From: Bugula neritina
Taxonomy: Eukaryota > Animalia > Bryozoa
Assembly (NCBI GenBank): GCA_964035545.1
Contig: OZ037766.1
Coordinates: 23,610,767 to 23,674,766, forward strand
Direction: 5' to 3'
Length of the DNA stretch: 64,000 bases
Part shown: positions 13,188 to 27,200 of the stretch, piece after piece
How the letters are laid out: the number at the start of each line of letters is the position of its first letter
Position numbering within the stretch: the first letter of the stretch is position 1
Program-made: the position numbers and the translations under genes
The notes under the pieces: generated by a model
Database searches by the model: none
What the model was told of the DNA's origin: nothing
Seen by the model: the letters and a program-made list of their open reading frames with translations, nothing else

Positions 13188-15368
13188 AACTAGCTTATTG
13201 TGCAAAGAGACTATAAATTTTCGAGGAATTAGTTACTGCTACAATGATGTAGTACAAGTAATATTATTTGTCACAGTGCTTTTAGAAACAATTAACCTGT
13301 GCACCTTTGTTCACTTGTTTTTATCACTCAACTTCAAACTTTAGGAAATTGTTCAACTTGTTACTGCTGTTGAAATTAAGATTTTTTACCTGAAATATCT
13401 CTGTCAGTTTTACTGGTTGTACCGAATGACTCATTGTAATTATGTAACTGCTCTATTTTGATTAATTATTTTCACAGCTCATTACAAATTAGAGTGTATT
13501 TATAGTATTTTATGCCCTGTGCTTTTTTGTTAAATACAATATTATAAAGCAGAACTTTATTGATCTATCTTGATTTTACAATTTGTAAATTTGCAAATCT
13601 ACAGTTATTAGCTAATGGCTAATTTCTCCAAAAAATTACAAAGCAGCAAGATGAGTTTTTGTCTACAGGGATTTCAAGGGTGGCATGGCAAGCTTATGTC
13701 CTCTTTTCATTGCTTATTAGAATGTATCATTCATATATTTTGCTGATGACCAAAGATTTGGGAGAGTCTTATAACAACCTGACATGTTAACAGGTGTTAT
13801 GAGGATATAATTAGTGGTTTACTCTTCTTTTTGGTGATTTGTAGTTGTCCATTTTGAATTTCTATTATCACCTAAAAAACACCAAAAAAAATTTGAAAGA
13901 GACTATTTTCAAACTTTGAACTAGCAAAAAATTTTTATAATAATTAAGTAATGATAAAATAGTGAGAAAAAATTCACTGCGTGCGAGAATTATTCTTTTA
14001 TTGAACAGACTTCAATTTTTATTATATAAAAAATTATTATCTTCCTTCACAAGTGAATAATGGGACACAATTATTTGTTTTATGAATTTTTCTTGGTCAA
14101 GAAGATAAAGCATTTTTTTTCTGTCTTGGAGCAAATCAACTGCTTAAAATAAAATAGAAAATATTGTGAATGAATTCACCTGTTACTGCTAGTTGCATGG
14201 CAAGGTACATGTGTGAATTTTACTACAATAGCCATAGCTAAAAAGTTCATAGACAATAATTAACAAAAACCACAAAGTAGGAGCATTACTACTTTTTCAA
14301 TGAATGCAGTAAATATTGTAGATAAAAAGTGTACCAAAATTTATTTCAACTTGAATTTTATTATAAAATAGAAGACTAGAAATTAACAGTGAGTGCATAT
14401 ATAACAAGTATATTGCAGATTCTTTTAAATTAGGCTCATGGGTTATAAAATATTATACTATTCTAATTTATATTTCTGGCTCTAATCAACTGTTGTAATA
14501 AATGTTTGCCCTGGGGATTACGATCAGTACACCTATATTAATGTATTAATGAAAGGGTCACATGAAATTTATGAGAAAGAATTATAAATGATGAGCTTCT
14601 ATAAAAGCAATAAGCTTTTGGGAAAACCCTAAGCAAAGTGCACCAAATAACCTCAATTTCAGCATTAAACTGTCTATGTTTTATGTTGTAACAGTCGTTC
14701 TTGAAACCACTCTAACATCTAAAGTAACATGCCCTGCTGGTAAACAAACAATTAAAGGGCACATGGTGCATGTTTCTATGGAGCCTTTAAAATCAACCAA
14801 CTGAAGTATTCAATATAACAATTTATTGTATTGTGGAGTATTGTTTTATTATGATTACTTATTCTGTATTGAACCTTCTATAGCATAACATGTCTGAGCA
14901 CTTTTATTAAGAAAAGCTTTAAAATGCAAATTAGTTTTGTTTCTGCTTAGTGCCATAAATAAATTGATATTATATAAGTGAAAATATGTACACCAATATA
15001 TACAACCATTATTATAGAGAACTGCTTAAGATCTATTTAGCCTATTGTCTTTAAAATAGTCAATGAAATATATTTAAAGTGTGTTAATTACTTTGTATAT
15101 AAGCTATTAATTAAAAGTAAAAGAATTTAAATATATCTTGCCAGGTTAGCAATTTAATTAAAGATAGGTAAATAAGAAACATTTATTTGTTTATTACTTT
15201 AATGATAAAATAAAACGGATATTTCAAACACTAATGTTGTATTGCTGCCTATCTGTTTTCTTTCTACTTCTGTGTAGAATGCAATCAACCAGTAATTTTG
15301 AGATATAGTAAAAGTTGTCTCATTAGAGCACACTGCATTTATTACATTAGTATGTATATTCTAAGTTT

Positions 15369-15540
15369 GGAGCAACAGTGGTCTGGTTAGAGTACTGACT
15401 TAGTAAACACAAAGTCAGGGGTTTGAATCCCAGTTAAGGCCATTGACGATGTCAAGCAGGACTTTAAGCTTTAACTGATCCTTATCCACAACAGAAAACA
15501 TTTCTATCAGGAGTTTTTACAAGGCACTATAAAGCTATTT
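15369..15540 (+). mobile_element. Degenerate tRNA-derived SINE
   Basis: A-box-like GTGGTCTGGTTAGAG and B-box GGTTTGAATCCC at tRNA spacing, followed by a non-tRNA body; cloverleaf not intact. Confidence 0.6.
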
Positions 15541-16199
15541 GAAAACGTAAGATCCAAGTGAGCATCATTTCTTGCCACTGAAACGTAAAGAAAAAAAGAC
15601 ACTATTTTTGCAGAGATTCTAAAACTTTAAAATTGTCTGCTGCAGATATAAACATTCTCACACGTTCTAGCATTTATATATAACCATGTGGCTATAATAT
15701 TTATCTGTTGACAAAATCGATATGATATATTATGCTGTATGATAATGCATGCATGTTGCAACTTTAAAAATAATTATACAAGAAAATAATATATTCATGC
15801 TGGTTATAATTGCAGCAATTTGTGCACAAGGAAATCATAACATGGTGTTTTCTTTCAACTACTGCTATATTAACTTACCTTCACAATTCTACAAGGTTTT
15901 CTATAATCTATAATAAGTTGAATGAAATATTATAAAATGAAATCGGAAGTTGCATAGAAAGCTTTTTAAACATATTTTTCAATATTCTTCATCAACCTGC
16001 ATACTAAACAAATTCTATGGAGCTATAAAATCATTATCTGAATAATAATGACTGTCAATGGCTTACATTCTTTATCAATTAGCATAATTAGTGAATCACA
16101 GTTTGATAATTCAAAGATATTCAACGAGAACAATGCCTAAATACTTATATTTTGTGTGTAATTTAATGCATTCTTTATTGAGTTAGTATACTCATACTT

Positions 16200-16685
16200 G
16201 ACCGGTGGCTAGGCTACATTACTATGAAAACACCAGCACTTATTGATTTCAGAGTCGTCAGCCAATCAGATGCTACGGATAGTTTACGTCTTTATTGTTC
16301 ACAAGGCCATGCGCGCGCGCATATCTATATTTGTTATGATACCACCGTATACACACGGCTGTAGCATATCTCCTGGGACAGTTGACAGAGCATAATAATA
16401 TAATTATATCGTATAGTATACAGTGCTCAGCATTGTATTCAGGTGCAACGTTACAAACAGTTTTTTGCAGATTGAGTTACCAGTCCAGTGAAACTTGATA
16501 GCTAATTTGTTTACTAGAGCTGATATGAAGATGGCTTCAATTAGATTATTAAACACTTAGTAGAACAGGACGGTCACGTATAGTTGGAACACATATTGTC
16601 TGCTCACTATCCAACCTATTACCTGTAGATTACTATTGCTATTCAACTTGCTAACCGGGATAGTCGTTATTGCCATCTTGTAAAG
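16200..16685 (+). promoter_or_regulatory. Putative promoter and non-coding first exon of the M6-like gene
   Basis: CCAAT box at 16262, palindrome ATGCGCGCGCGCAT at 16309-16322, local CpG enrichment and a strong donor AAG|GTAAGG after 16685. Splicing to 21248 puts an in-frame TAA upstream of ATG 21291. Confidence 0.5.
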
Positions 16686-19669
16686 GTAAGGTAGGCCAAT
16701 GTAATACTTCAATTTTTACATAATAGGAAATATTACTTTATGTGATTTATAATTACAGATGTGTTATAGTAGTCAACAGTCTTCTCTTCTTTCTGTTATA
16801 TCTAACTGAATTTTGTAGCCTGAAATTCTTTATTGACATACTAGTATTTATAAGTATTGGCTCAATTCAACAGCAGGTTATGTGTTTTCCATGCCACAAA
16901 TTAAAAACAGCTGCTATTGAATAAGCATTCTATTGGTTTTTGTAATTTTCTAAACCAACAGTAATTTTCAGTTTAAAGTAATTTAAGTAAACAAGAATAT
17001 TTCCCCAACAATGATTGGTATAGTGTTGCCTCTAATGTGCTAAAAGCAGCTATCAAAAACACCTGAAAGCTTAGAACCATCGGATATGAATTTGCAAAGA
17101 TGATGCTGATACCAAAACTGTGTTATATAATTGAAATAGGCACAATAGCCAACTTAGATGTAGATAAATCTAGCTTTTCTTTTCAACTCATCAGATGTTA
17201 TAATTAGCTAATAATGCAACATTTACAATTGCACTGAGCATCAGCAGTTAAAAACATTCAAATGCGCTGAAGATATTTTCTCTTCTATGAAAAAATTATT
17301 TTGGGAGCATTATGTAAGCCAGTTAGTAAGAAACTAAGCTGCATATGAACTTCAGTAGAAGAAAAGACATTCAAGTCTATACTATGTCATGTCATTCATT
17401 TGGTAATAATCATGATGATAATCAAATCATCAGTTAACTTTTAATTATGTATGTTTTTTACTTGCATAGAGCCTTAGTAAGAGCAGCTAAAAAAGTAAGC
17501 GTGAAACTTTTAAATGACTGACAAAACAGCTAGTTGTAGTGCTAAGTAACACTTATGCAGAAACAAACTACTTTATCTAATGACAAAAACTTTAAGGATC
17601 AACATATACATTAGCTGTTGTTATGCCCACACGTTCAAAACTGTTTGTTCACGTATCTCCCTATAAACTACACCATAAAATTGATCTTGATATATAGAGT
17701 ATCTTTCACTTGAGAGCCACTTGTGTGGACACTTTCAAAGCTAACTTGAACTCTAACCTAAGTAATACATATGAGATATAAATAGAATGATAATTGGTTG
17801 CTAATGATAGCTGATAAGAGATCATTGGCCGGGTTTGGCGTTGTAGCCCCAGCAGTAATACAGTATGTTTATAAGAGACTGACAACCTGTTTATATCTTG
17901 AGAGACTGCAGGGTGAGATGTTATGGTGTGCTTCTGTTGATATACTACCCTTGAGTATATAGTATGGTTAATACATTGGGAGAAACAAGTTATACATAAA
18001 GTATAAATAATCTATCTAGGTATCCTGAAAATTTGGTGAATGTCTTAAACAAAGATTTGGTATAGCCAGTGCTCCCAAATGTGCTGCATAGTTGGCTCTG
18101 GGTTATATAATGTTACCCCCCACCTTGGCTTGCAATAGTGAAGTAAGCAAATAGTATCTTCAAGGTGATGCATAAGTTAAAACTTTCTCAACTTGTAGTT
18201 ATTCTGATAGCGGGTAGCTTACTATAGTAATATCTATATGACCAATCCTGCATCCTTCAATTGATAGCCGTTGAACTTTGGGTGCCATTGTTATGTTTAT
18301 AGCCATTTGGGTGTGTTCACATAACCTGAAGTAACATTTAAAAATGCATCTGTATATTACCTATGAGCATTTTAATTTAGCTATGTCGAGTAAAAACTGT
18401 TGCATTTTATTACATGTTAAGCATTCCAGGGGAGAGAACATTTATTGCAGTATGTAGTTGATATAGTTTTTAATAGCTGTATTATTGACTGGCCATATCC
18501 TTGCTACTAGCCTATATAATGTATATTATAATGTGCTTAGTAATGAACATCGTTCAAAGTATATAAGTCTTCCGGTACCTATGTAACGTAATAAGTAACA
18601 TATAACAGAATATTGTAATGTTAGCGCTTCTTGGTAAATCCATGAAATAATATTAAATTTATGATGTCACACTTTTTACAATGGCAATGATTTATGTAAC
18701 ACCAGGAAATACACTGCAAAAAATATGACATTCTGTGATACAATGAAAATATATATATTCCAGCGCTATACCGAGCATTCAATGAGACTAACTTTTCAGT
18801 TGAAGCACAGTAGATTTCTGTATCTATGTTATCAGCTAATGAAGTTTTTGCTTTATAAAACTAAATCATTATTGGTTAATAACTGTTCGTTGTAATACAA
18901 CAAACTACTTAATGGCAATGCCAAAGGTTAAAAGGTTATGTGAAAATAGAGGAGATCTACCAAATTTCCAAACACTAGTTTTTGAGTTTACTACTCAAAA
19001 GCATTTCATCTGCTGAGAGAATAACTTGCAGCATTATTGTTACTAAGGAGCAAAATATCAAAATAGTTTCCAAGTAGCTGTTAGCAACTGCCAACATTTC
19101 TAAAAGGAAGCTATTTAACTTAGATGACTGTGGGCAGTAGTATAGTAAATAGTTGGCTCTGTGCCAACTGCATTCAGCTATCTGGCTATTCGTGTAGCGA
19201 AATAAGCAAACAATTGATAAATAGAACTACTAGATGGTACTAATGACATTGTGCACTTAGCTTACTATCTAATCGAGTATTTCACTATTCAACAGTAACT
19301 CAAAATTATAAAGTTGATTGGTGGCTTTAGGTGACCAGTAATATTTTCTTTTAGAACATATTAATTGTGGAGTTATGTATATTGCTCCCTATTATAGAAG
19401 TTACAACATAGAAAGAATTGAATAATTTTCCGTGTATTACTCTGCCATAAAATATAACCAGTTTTATTTAGAAAAATATAAGGAGAAGTTTTGGGTCATT
19501 TAATCTTTTCTAGATCATTGAGTAGCTGAGTTTACGCTGTAGCACTTAATATGCTTAGGTGACTGTTTTTAGTTTAGTTACCAAATTTAGAAGGTTTTCT
19601 GTTACTAATATAATATATAAATGCATATATATTGGCTATTATTATTCAGTAGCCAGTTTGTATTGTGTA

Positions 19670-19872
19670 AAGCTTTACTAGTATATTATAGCATGCATTA
19701 CTAGTATATATAGCATGTATTACTAGTATTATAGCATGTATTACTAGTGTATTATAGCATGTATTACTAGTGTATTATAGCATGTATTGCTAGTATATAT
19801 AGCATGTATTGCTAGTATTATAGCATGTATTGCTAGTATTATAGCATGTGTTGCTAATGTATTATAGCATGC
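19670..19872. repeat. 20-22-bp minisatellite (tatagcatgtattactagta), ~9 copies
   Basis: Read directly. Confidence 0.85.
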
Positions 19873-21290
19873 AAGTATTACTCATGGCATATACATGTAG
19901 TAGTATTACTAGTATAACATGTTATGCAACTTAATTGAGACATATGGTCTCTGATTTTATCCTGTTTCATACTTTTGAACTAAATGAAAAGAATTTCTTT
20001 AGATACATTTTTTCTATTGTTACTTATAGTATGACATGTTGAAAGGTTTTGAGTAACACAATTACAGTGGTATAATGACAAAAGCAAGTTAGAGTAACAG
20101 TTAGTACACACACTTGTTACACTGGTTTCCTATAGCTTTTAATTCAAGGAGGAAAATGGACTAAAAATACAGCTTTAGTTTATGATTACACTATTTTGCA
20201 TTACGACTGCTTGCATGCTTTCATTCTCTCTCAGTAAACTGGAGTAGTTTTAACAATTTCTTCAAAATTGACTTTTGAGAACAAAAACCTGATCTAAACT
20301 ACAACAAGCTGATGTTGATCCCTTGCCTTTTCTGAATAGGTGTTTGACAGTATTCAAGTCTCTTCTCTAATAGTTTATGAGGACGTTTGTCAATGCTTCA
20401 CAATCATTAATATCGAATCACAGACTAGCAAATTTTTAGAATTCAATATTAAAATCCTAATAGGCTATACAAACTATATTTAACATATGCTGTAGAAACT
20501 ACAATTGCCTTTTCATAAACTCTACATTTCACTCTTAACAGTTCCTGTCATATCTATTAGCATATCAACTCATTTCTTTGCTTTTATTGATTTCAAGGTT
20601 TAAACAAGCAAATCTAATGAACAACATAGTCTACCGCAGCTGTAATAGTCTCCTTCATAGTATTTGTTTGCTGCCACGTTAGCAACTCGCTGCTGACCAT
20701 AATGTAGCTTTATGATCTTTAAATGCCTTTGAAAATATCACTCCAAAACAGGAAGACCTATAGCTTTATATTTGTCAAAATCAATTTAATTATTTCTTAC
20801 AGTCATTTTACCATTACAATTTGGAAAAATTATAATGATTATGCATGTATATGTGTCACTACTTAACTTGCAGTTATTATAAGCCATCTGTGTAATTAAT
20901 GCTGTATACTAGTAACTATAAAATTGAAAGGGGGAAATAACTCCCAAGTATAAGTAAGTGATGACTTTTAAAACCAAACTAAGTTCAAACATGATGCTTG
21001 TCTAATTTTCTTATTACACTCACTACACTGAATACTACCCTCAGTTAGAGTTGGCAGAGCGGCTCTCTACCTAGTGAGTTATTAATAGAGTGCCGTTTTT
21101 TCTCTTCTGTTCTTGCTGTAAACTGTTGCACATGTAACTGGTTTACTTTAGAGTTGGCAGTGAGTCAAGTGAGTTGAGTTAAATCAGTGTCTCTATCTAC
21201 TGTCCCTACTGTATAAATTGTTGCACCTTCAACTGTTTTATTTTCAGGAAGACTGATGTTGACAAACACTTGAATGGTGGTAGTGAAGGC

Positions 21291-24200
21291 ATGTCATATT
21301 CCATGTATCGAGATTATAACACTGACCAGGTTAAAAGTATGCAGACCGGCAAGGTACGCCCCATCATATCAGATCCTATACCAATAGAACCTCTGTCTAG
21401 CCCCAACTCTGCAATACCTTATGCAGGTAAATAAACACTGTATGCATGGCGTAAGGTGTAATGTGTGTATGGGCTATGATTAGTCATTAGCTATACTAGT
21501 GAAAGTAAACAAGCCTTGGATAATTTTAATTTTCATATTGTATATATACCTCATACTTTTAAAAAATAAATATGGTTTTTAAATTTTAAATGATTTTAAG
21601 TTCTATCTGCACTAGAGACTTTAAATAAAGTGTAAAATGTTTGCAAAGGTCTATTTTATAATTTCATGCTGATAACTTATAAGTTTTAACAGATTTATAT
21701 GCACCACCTGCTTTGTGGTGACGGGTCATATATTGGCTTATAAACTATTTTTTGTTGAACTTGAATAAAAAAAGAATAAATGCATCTGAGGAGCATTGAG
21801 TAAAGTGTGTGAGTTAAAATATTTACTAGCTACTAAGACATGCATTCAGTAACGTTTTTAATTATAGTTTATACTTAGTGTACTCTGCATCACGTCGGTG
21901 GAATTGGGTATATGAATTGTAACACGTGTACTTGCTGTGTGCACAATGCACATGTATTTTTAAAACTGAGAAGTCTTTTTTTAAACATGCTAAAGACTTG
22001 TTTCCACTGCAATACAGAAGCAATTAAATACCAAATTTCTATCTGACATCACCAATTAACACCTATATTATTAATATATAGCCTAGTTGATGTTTATTTT
22101 TTTATAAAAATATTAAAACGGTGCATTTAGTTACAGTAAGTGGTAAAAAATAATAGTAGCTTGAGCTATAAAAATGACAAATTCTCTGTTTTTGACGAGT
22201 CGAAAGATGAGTTTGAGATATCCAGAGCACATGACATGAGATATGGAATCACATGACTAAACATAATTCTCTACTCGAGTACGAAAACTGAATAATTAGT
22301 CTCGTATTTAATAAATACTGGGAATTCCAGTTGCTTGTGACAGACTTGTAATGAATGTAATTACAGTTCAAGTTACCGTCTTGACTTTGCATTGCCTTGA
22401 CTGGTTGACAAATTGACAAAAAGTTACACAGATAATTAATTCAGTTAATAGTCTAAAAGACACAGCCATATTCCATGCACCAGGCATGTAATATAAAACC
22501 CGTATATAGTAAATCTTTATGCTTATATGATAAAGTATGTGGTATTTTATTAGTGTTTAGTACAGTATTCATAGCTCAGATCTTATAATACGATGTATTG
22601 TAGTAACTAAACAAAGTGAAACAAATTTTAAGTTGAAATGAAAAACAAGCTATGTTAAAATCTTGTGGTTAATTGCATTAATTGAACATTTGTAAACAGG
22701 CATCTTCTACACATATATGTAAAAGAGGATAAATTATATTTACAATATTTGGTTCAGTTGAAAAAATTATACAAATTTGAGTCTGAATGGATTTTCTTTC
22801 TTAATCTCACTACACACAAAATTTTGAGTTCACATGCTATCAGGTTTATACCAAAGGCAGACATAATTTTGTTGCAGTTGTCTTCTCATGAACAACTTTT
22901 TTTCAATGAAAAGAAGACAACTTCTTTGATTATAAAATTGTGTTCACTTTGAAACTTTGCATCTGTTAATTACAGTAAACATTGTTACTGACAGTAACAA
23001 TTTCTTTTTAAAATGTTTTTGCTGTTTCATTAACAACTTTATATCTCAATAAGCCCATCTGCTGGCTTAAACCGACTGAGTTAAAGTCAATAAAATAGGC
23101 TATTAAATTTTATGCATGTTGGTGACACTGAGGGTATAAACGAATGTTAATTATAGTAAATAAGAATGTTGATTTGCAGTTTAAAAATTGCAAATTTGAG
23201 ATAAGAATATGTATAAATGTCTCTGTAGGATGCAATAAAACATTGTGTTAAAATCACATTAATATAACTTATACAATATAAGCACTAGCATGGTACTACC
23301 AGCACACCTTTCAGTGTGAGATTAGTTACACACATGATGATCACTACCTTTTCGATTTGCAGTCTATAGAAATTACTTTCAGTATACTAAGTTGTCTTTT
23401 ATAGTGGGGGTGCCAACATGCAAAAATGGGCGGGTGGAGCACATCAATACTAACCTTTGTTGCTATATATCACTGCAAAGCCAACATTCTACTGATCTCA
23501 GATCTGCGAGTACCTTTTTTGTATCTGGGGGGGTTCTCTCGTGAGAGGGGTGGATATACAGGGGTTCAGCATTTTTCAAGGGGGGACTATGGAACTCTAA
23601 ATATTTAATTTTCTGAGTAGTTTAAGTTTGACATTAAAAATATTTTCAAGAAATGTTGTACATATATGAAACTTTCTCTAACAAAAATTTTGACCAAAAA
23701 TAAAAAAGTGGGCGGAGCCTATAATATGACAAACTACTTTTTTGCATATACCGGATATTCTCTAAACTGCTACTTTTCTGTTCTAGCATTTAGAGTGTTG
23801 ATTTTTGGTATAAAAATACTCTATTGTGTTCTAATAATGCTCTCCGATTTTCATTACGTTCTGAACTATATAACATCTTTCCCAACCATGACAAATAAAA
23901 AACATAAAACGGGAGTTATCTCCTCCGTTAAAAATTATTGCATTTCTACCCAATAATATTGCTCTTTGTTGATAGGAACAACATCAGCATGATAAAAATG
24001 TATTCTTAGTGTATTTATATTAGCTTATTGACTTATTTTGAATAATTGATTACGATCAATACTATTGAGTATTAATATTCAATATTTACTGTAGAAATTG
24101 AGTGTCAGCAATAATTAACAGACCACTAATATTCGATTTTTTTATCCATAAGTATAGTAACATAAAATATGGTTCATAAAAAAGTAATATTATGATTTCA

Positions 24201-27200
24201 GCATCACAAGCAATTACTATGCTCTTTTATATCAGATATTGGTAGACATTTGTAATTGTATTTATTTATAAATAAGATAGTATTTAAAATTTTAATTTAC
24301 AATAGATCAAGCTTTATTACAAAGTTTTGTTATCTCTAGCGTTTATATACCAAATTAAATATATTATAATTCTTCATCAGAACTGTGTTTGTTGCCATCA
24401 TCATCATAATCAGGCTCTTTGTTTGAAAAAGAAGACTGGCCACTTTTGTTGTTGCAATCGAAACATTCACATAAACCACAGCATTTCATCATCAGGCGCT
24501 TGGGTTTGCATGCTTTACTCTTACAGCCTGCTTTTTTGCATTTACATGCTGTTAAAATCACATCTGCGTTTCTCTCAAAATCATATTTTATTGGAGTCAA
24601 GTTAGTATCCCAACCATGGTCAAAAATTGGCTGATGAAGTAAAATAGGTGTAAAAGCAAGTTGCCAAAGTGTAACTTGATAATTGGCTCGTTTCACGTGA
24701 TATTCTAGGGAATTCCTACTAGGTGGTAGCTGTGCTTCACTGGAGACATTTTTTAAAGCCAATATTTTATATCTTGCTTCAGTGATATCATCATAGGCAC
24801 CATATAGGTTGGAGACAAATCATTCACACTCCAAGTATGTTTCTTCTGATACTGGGGACCAATCATCAGAACCTAAAGACAGATTATAGCTTTCCTTTTC
24901 AAGTACCTCCAAAGCACGCTTTTTAGATATTCGGAAGATAAAACTTACTGAGTCACAACCTGTAAGTGCATGGAGTGATAATAGATTCTTGAGAACTTTT
25001 TGTAGATTTTTTTGGCTGATTCAAAAAGAGATATATATCTTCTGTGACTCCCCATTCCAACGAAGATTACTACATCTTTATTAGCCTGCTCAGTTAAAAC
25101 ATTACTAAGATGATGTTAAGCGCAATAATAGCAACATCGGTATCTACTGATCTTATTACTACCAAATCGTAATCACTCAGTGCATCAGCTGCATCAAGGA
25201 TTAATCTCGTGTCTGCTTCATCATGATTGGATTTCAATTTGTTACAATTTGAATGATAATCGTTTTGCAGAACACAGACTTCTTTGGCGCTACACACTAA
25301 AAATGTACCAGCTGGAATTTTCTCAATATGTCTACTCCATGCACCTTCACTCTACCAACTCATTTTTGTTGTGAATATTGCTCAGAAAAGCATTCCAGTT
25401 TTTAGGAACAGGCAGGTTGTTATGAATAATGGAAATAGAGCACATCTATTGGGCACCCCGTCTAATACGCTCTTGTGCTTTAATTAATGTTTCAGAATAC
25501 ACGTCAAACACTACATCAACCCTTGTATATGCTTTGCCACATTCAAGAAATATTTCCAACATCTTCAGAGCATAGCTATAAAAAGTGCCTGATGTTTTTG
25601 TCGAGTGAAGTATGCACATACCATCAATAATGATCGATTTGTTGGTGGACAGTTGACTATCATCATTGGAGGCCCTGTTTCCAAGATATTTCTGTTCCAA
25701 AATATGCATTAGTTGCAATTTGCATGTTTTTCTCATCTGTCCGTTTTCAGTAAATAGAGCAAGAGGAATGGGACCAATTTCTTTCTCTAGAACTGTATGC
25801 AAATCTTGGGCACTTTTGGCACTTATGAGAAGTTTAGCAAATGATATTTTAGGAACATTTGGTTTAATGGCCGGTTGAAGTAATTTAGCCACAAAGTCAA
25901 AGGAAGGGATTTTAAGCCGGTGAATAGCAGTGTAAAATGGTTTTATTGCATTCAAAAGTCTATCGTGAATTAACTTTTGAGCCATTTCTCCTCCCTGAGC
26001 CATAGCAGTCACTATTGACAAGAAGGTCTCCACATCGGGACTTACTCCAGTAGCAATATTAATAAGTTCAGTTGAAGTATTGCTAAACAACTTAACATCA
26101 AACTGCTGCAATGTAAAAAGAATTGCTTGTGTATCAATCTCATCCGTCATAGTTGTGATGATTGTGTCTTCCTTGTGTAGTGTTGATGACTGTGAGGCTA
26201 TTTGGCCAAAATCCTTTTGCAAAGAAAGCAGTTGGGCTCTGATATGACTAGAACCATTTTGTCCGAGCTTCTTCATGGTTGCTAATGCCGATAATGCCTC
26301 CAGATGTTTTACTGTCTCGGTTCAAAGTTTGCTCCAAGACCTGATCTGGAGCCATACCTGCAATTTTTTTTCCTGTCCTATTTACGGTGAATGAACCCTT
26401 TGCAAACATTCCATAAACTTCTGGAGCAGATTCAGGCAAATTTAGCAATCAATAAGGTATATAGGCAGCCACCTTGAGTAGTTTGTGCGATCATACGCAA
26501 AAAATACTGGTAGCATTGCCTGCATATTGTCCAAATATAATTGCCAGTTGCCACTATGCTCAGCTCGAATAAATCCCAACATGGCTTCTACTGCGTGAAG
26601 GTAGGAATTCCAGAACATTGAAAGGTTAGGTTTTAATTTAGTATCAGAATCAAACTTTTTTATAGCAGCAGCAACTTTATCTGCAACAGTGGTCCATTCA
26701 CGCAAGTTATCATCAATAGAAATACGTATTATGAGACTCTAATGGGTCAAACTGATCATTTTATTGAAGCCACTCCGAAAGAGATTTTAGTTTCTGCCTT
26801 GATATTGCCTCATACAAAATCTTGTGTGCCCGTACACCTCTGTTATAATGCTTACCACATAGCACCTGTTTCACTGTAACTTCAGAATATATATCACTGT
26901 GCACAAGAACTTGGGCGAGGCCGCTTGATTTTACCATTTTGCCAAGTGCTGCCATGTAATTCATCAAGATATGAAAACCGCCCATTCGAATTATTGTGTT
27001 TGAACATTCAGTTGGTTTGTTCCATTAAATCTCTTTGGCAATCTTGTAGATAGCTTGGTCAAATGTAATTACTGAATGTTTCTGATTTAAAACTTTCATA
27101 GTTTTTTTTAGCTGCAGAAGGATTGTATAAATTGTTGATGGATCTGTTGATGGTGCATTAATCATTGGGCAATACCCAATGACTGATCTTTTATTATCTT

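Noticed and set aside
23426-23956. Paired ORFs 23426-23608 and 23666-23956 with mirrors 28369-28551 and 28021-28311
   Set aside because: They appear twice only because they lie in the inverted arms; no recognisable protein.
24364-24762. Cys-rich ORF as a host metallothionein or tesmin-like gene
   Set aside because: It is the C-terminus of the Academ protein, collinear with upstream transposase fragments.
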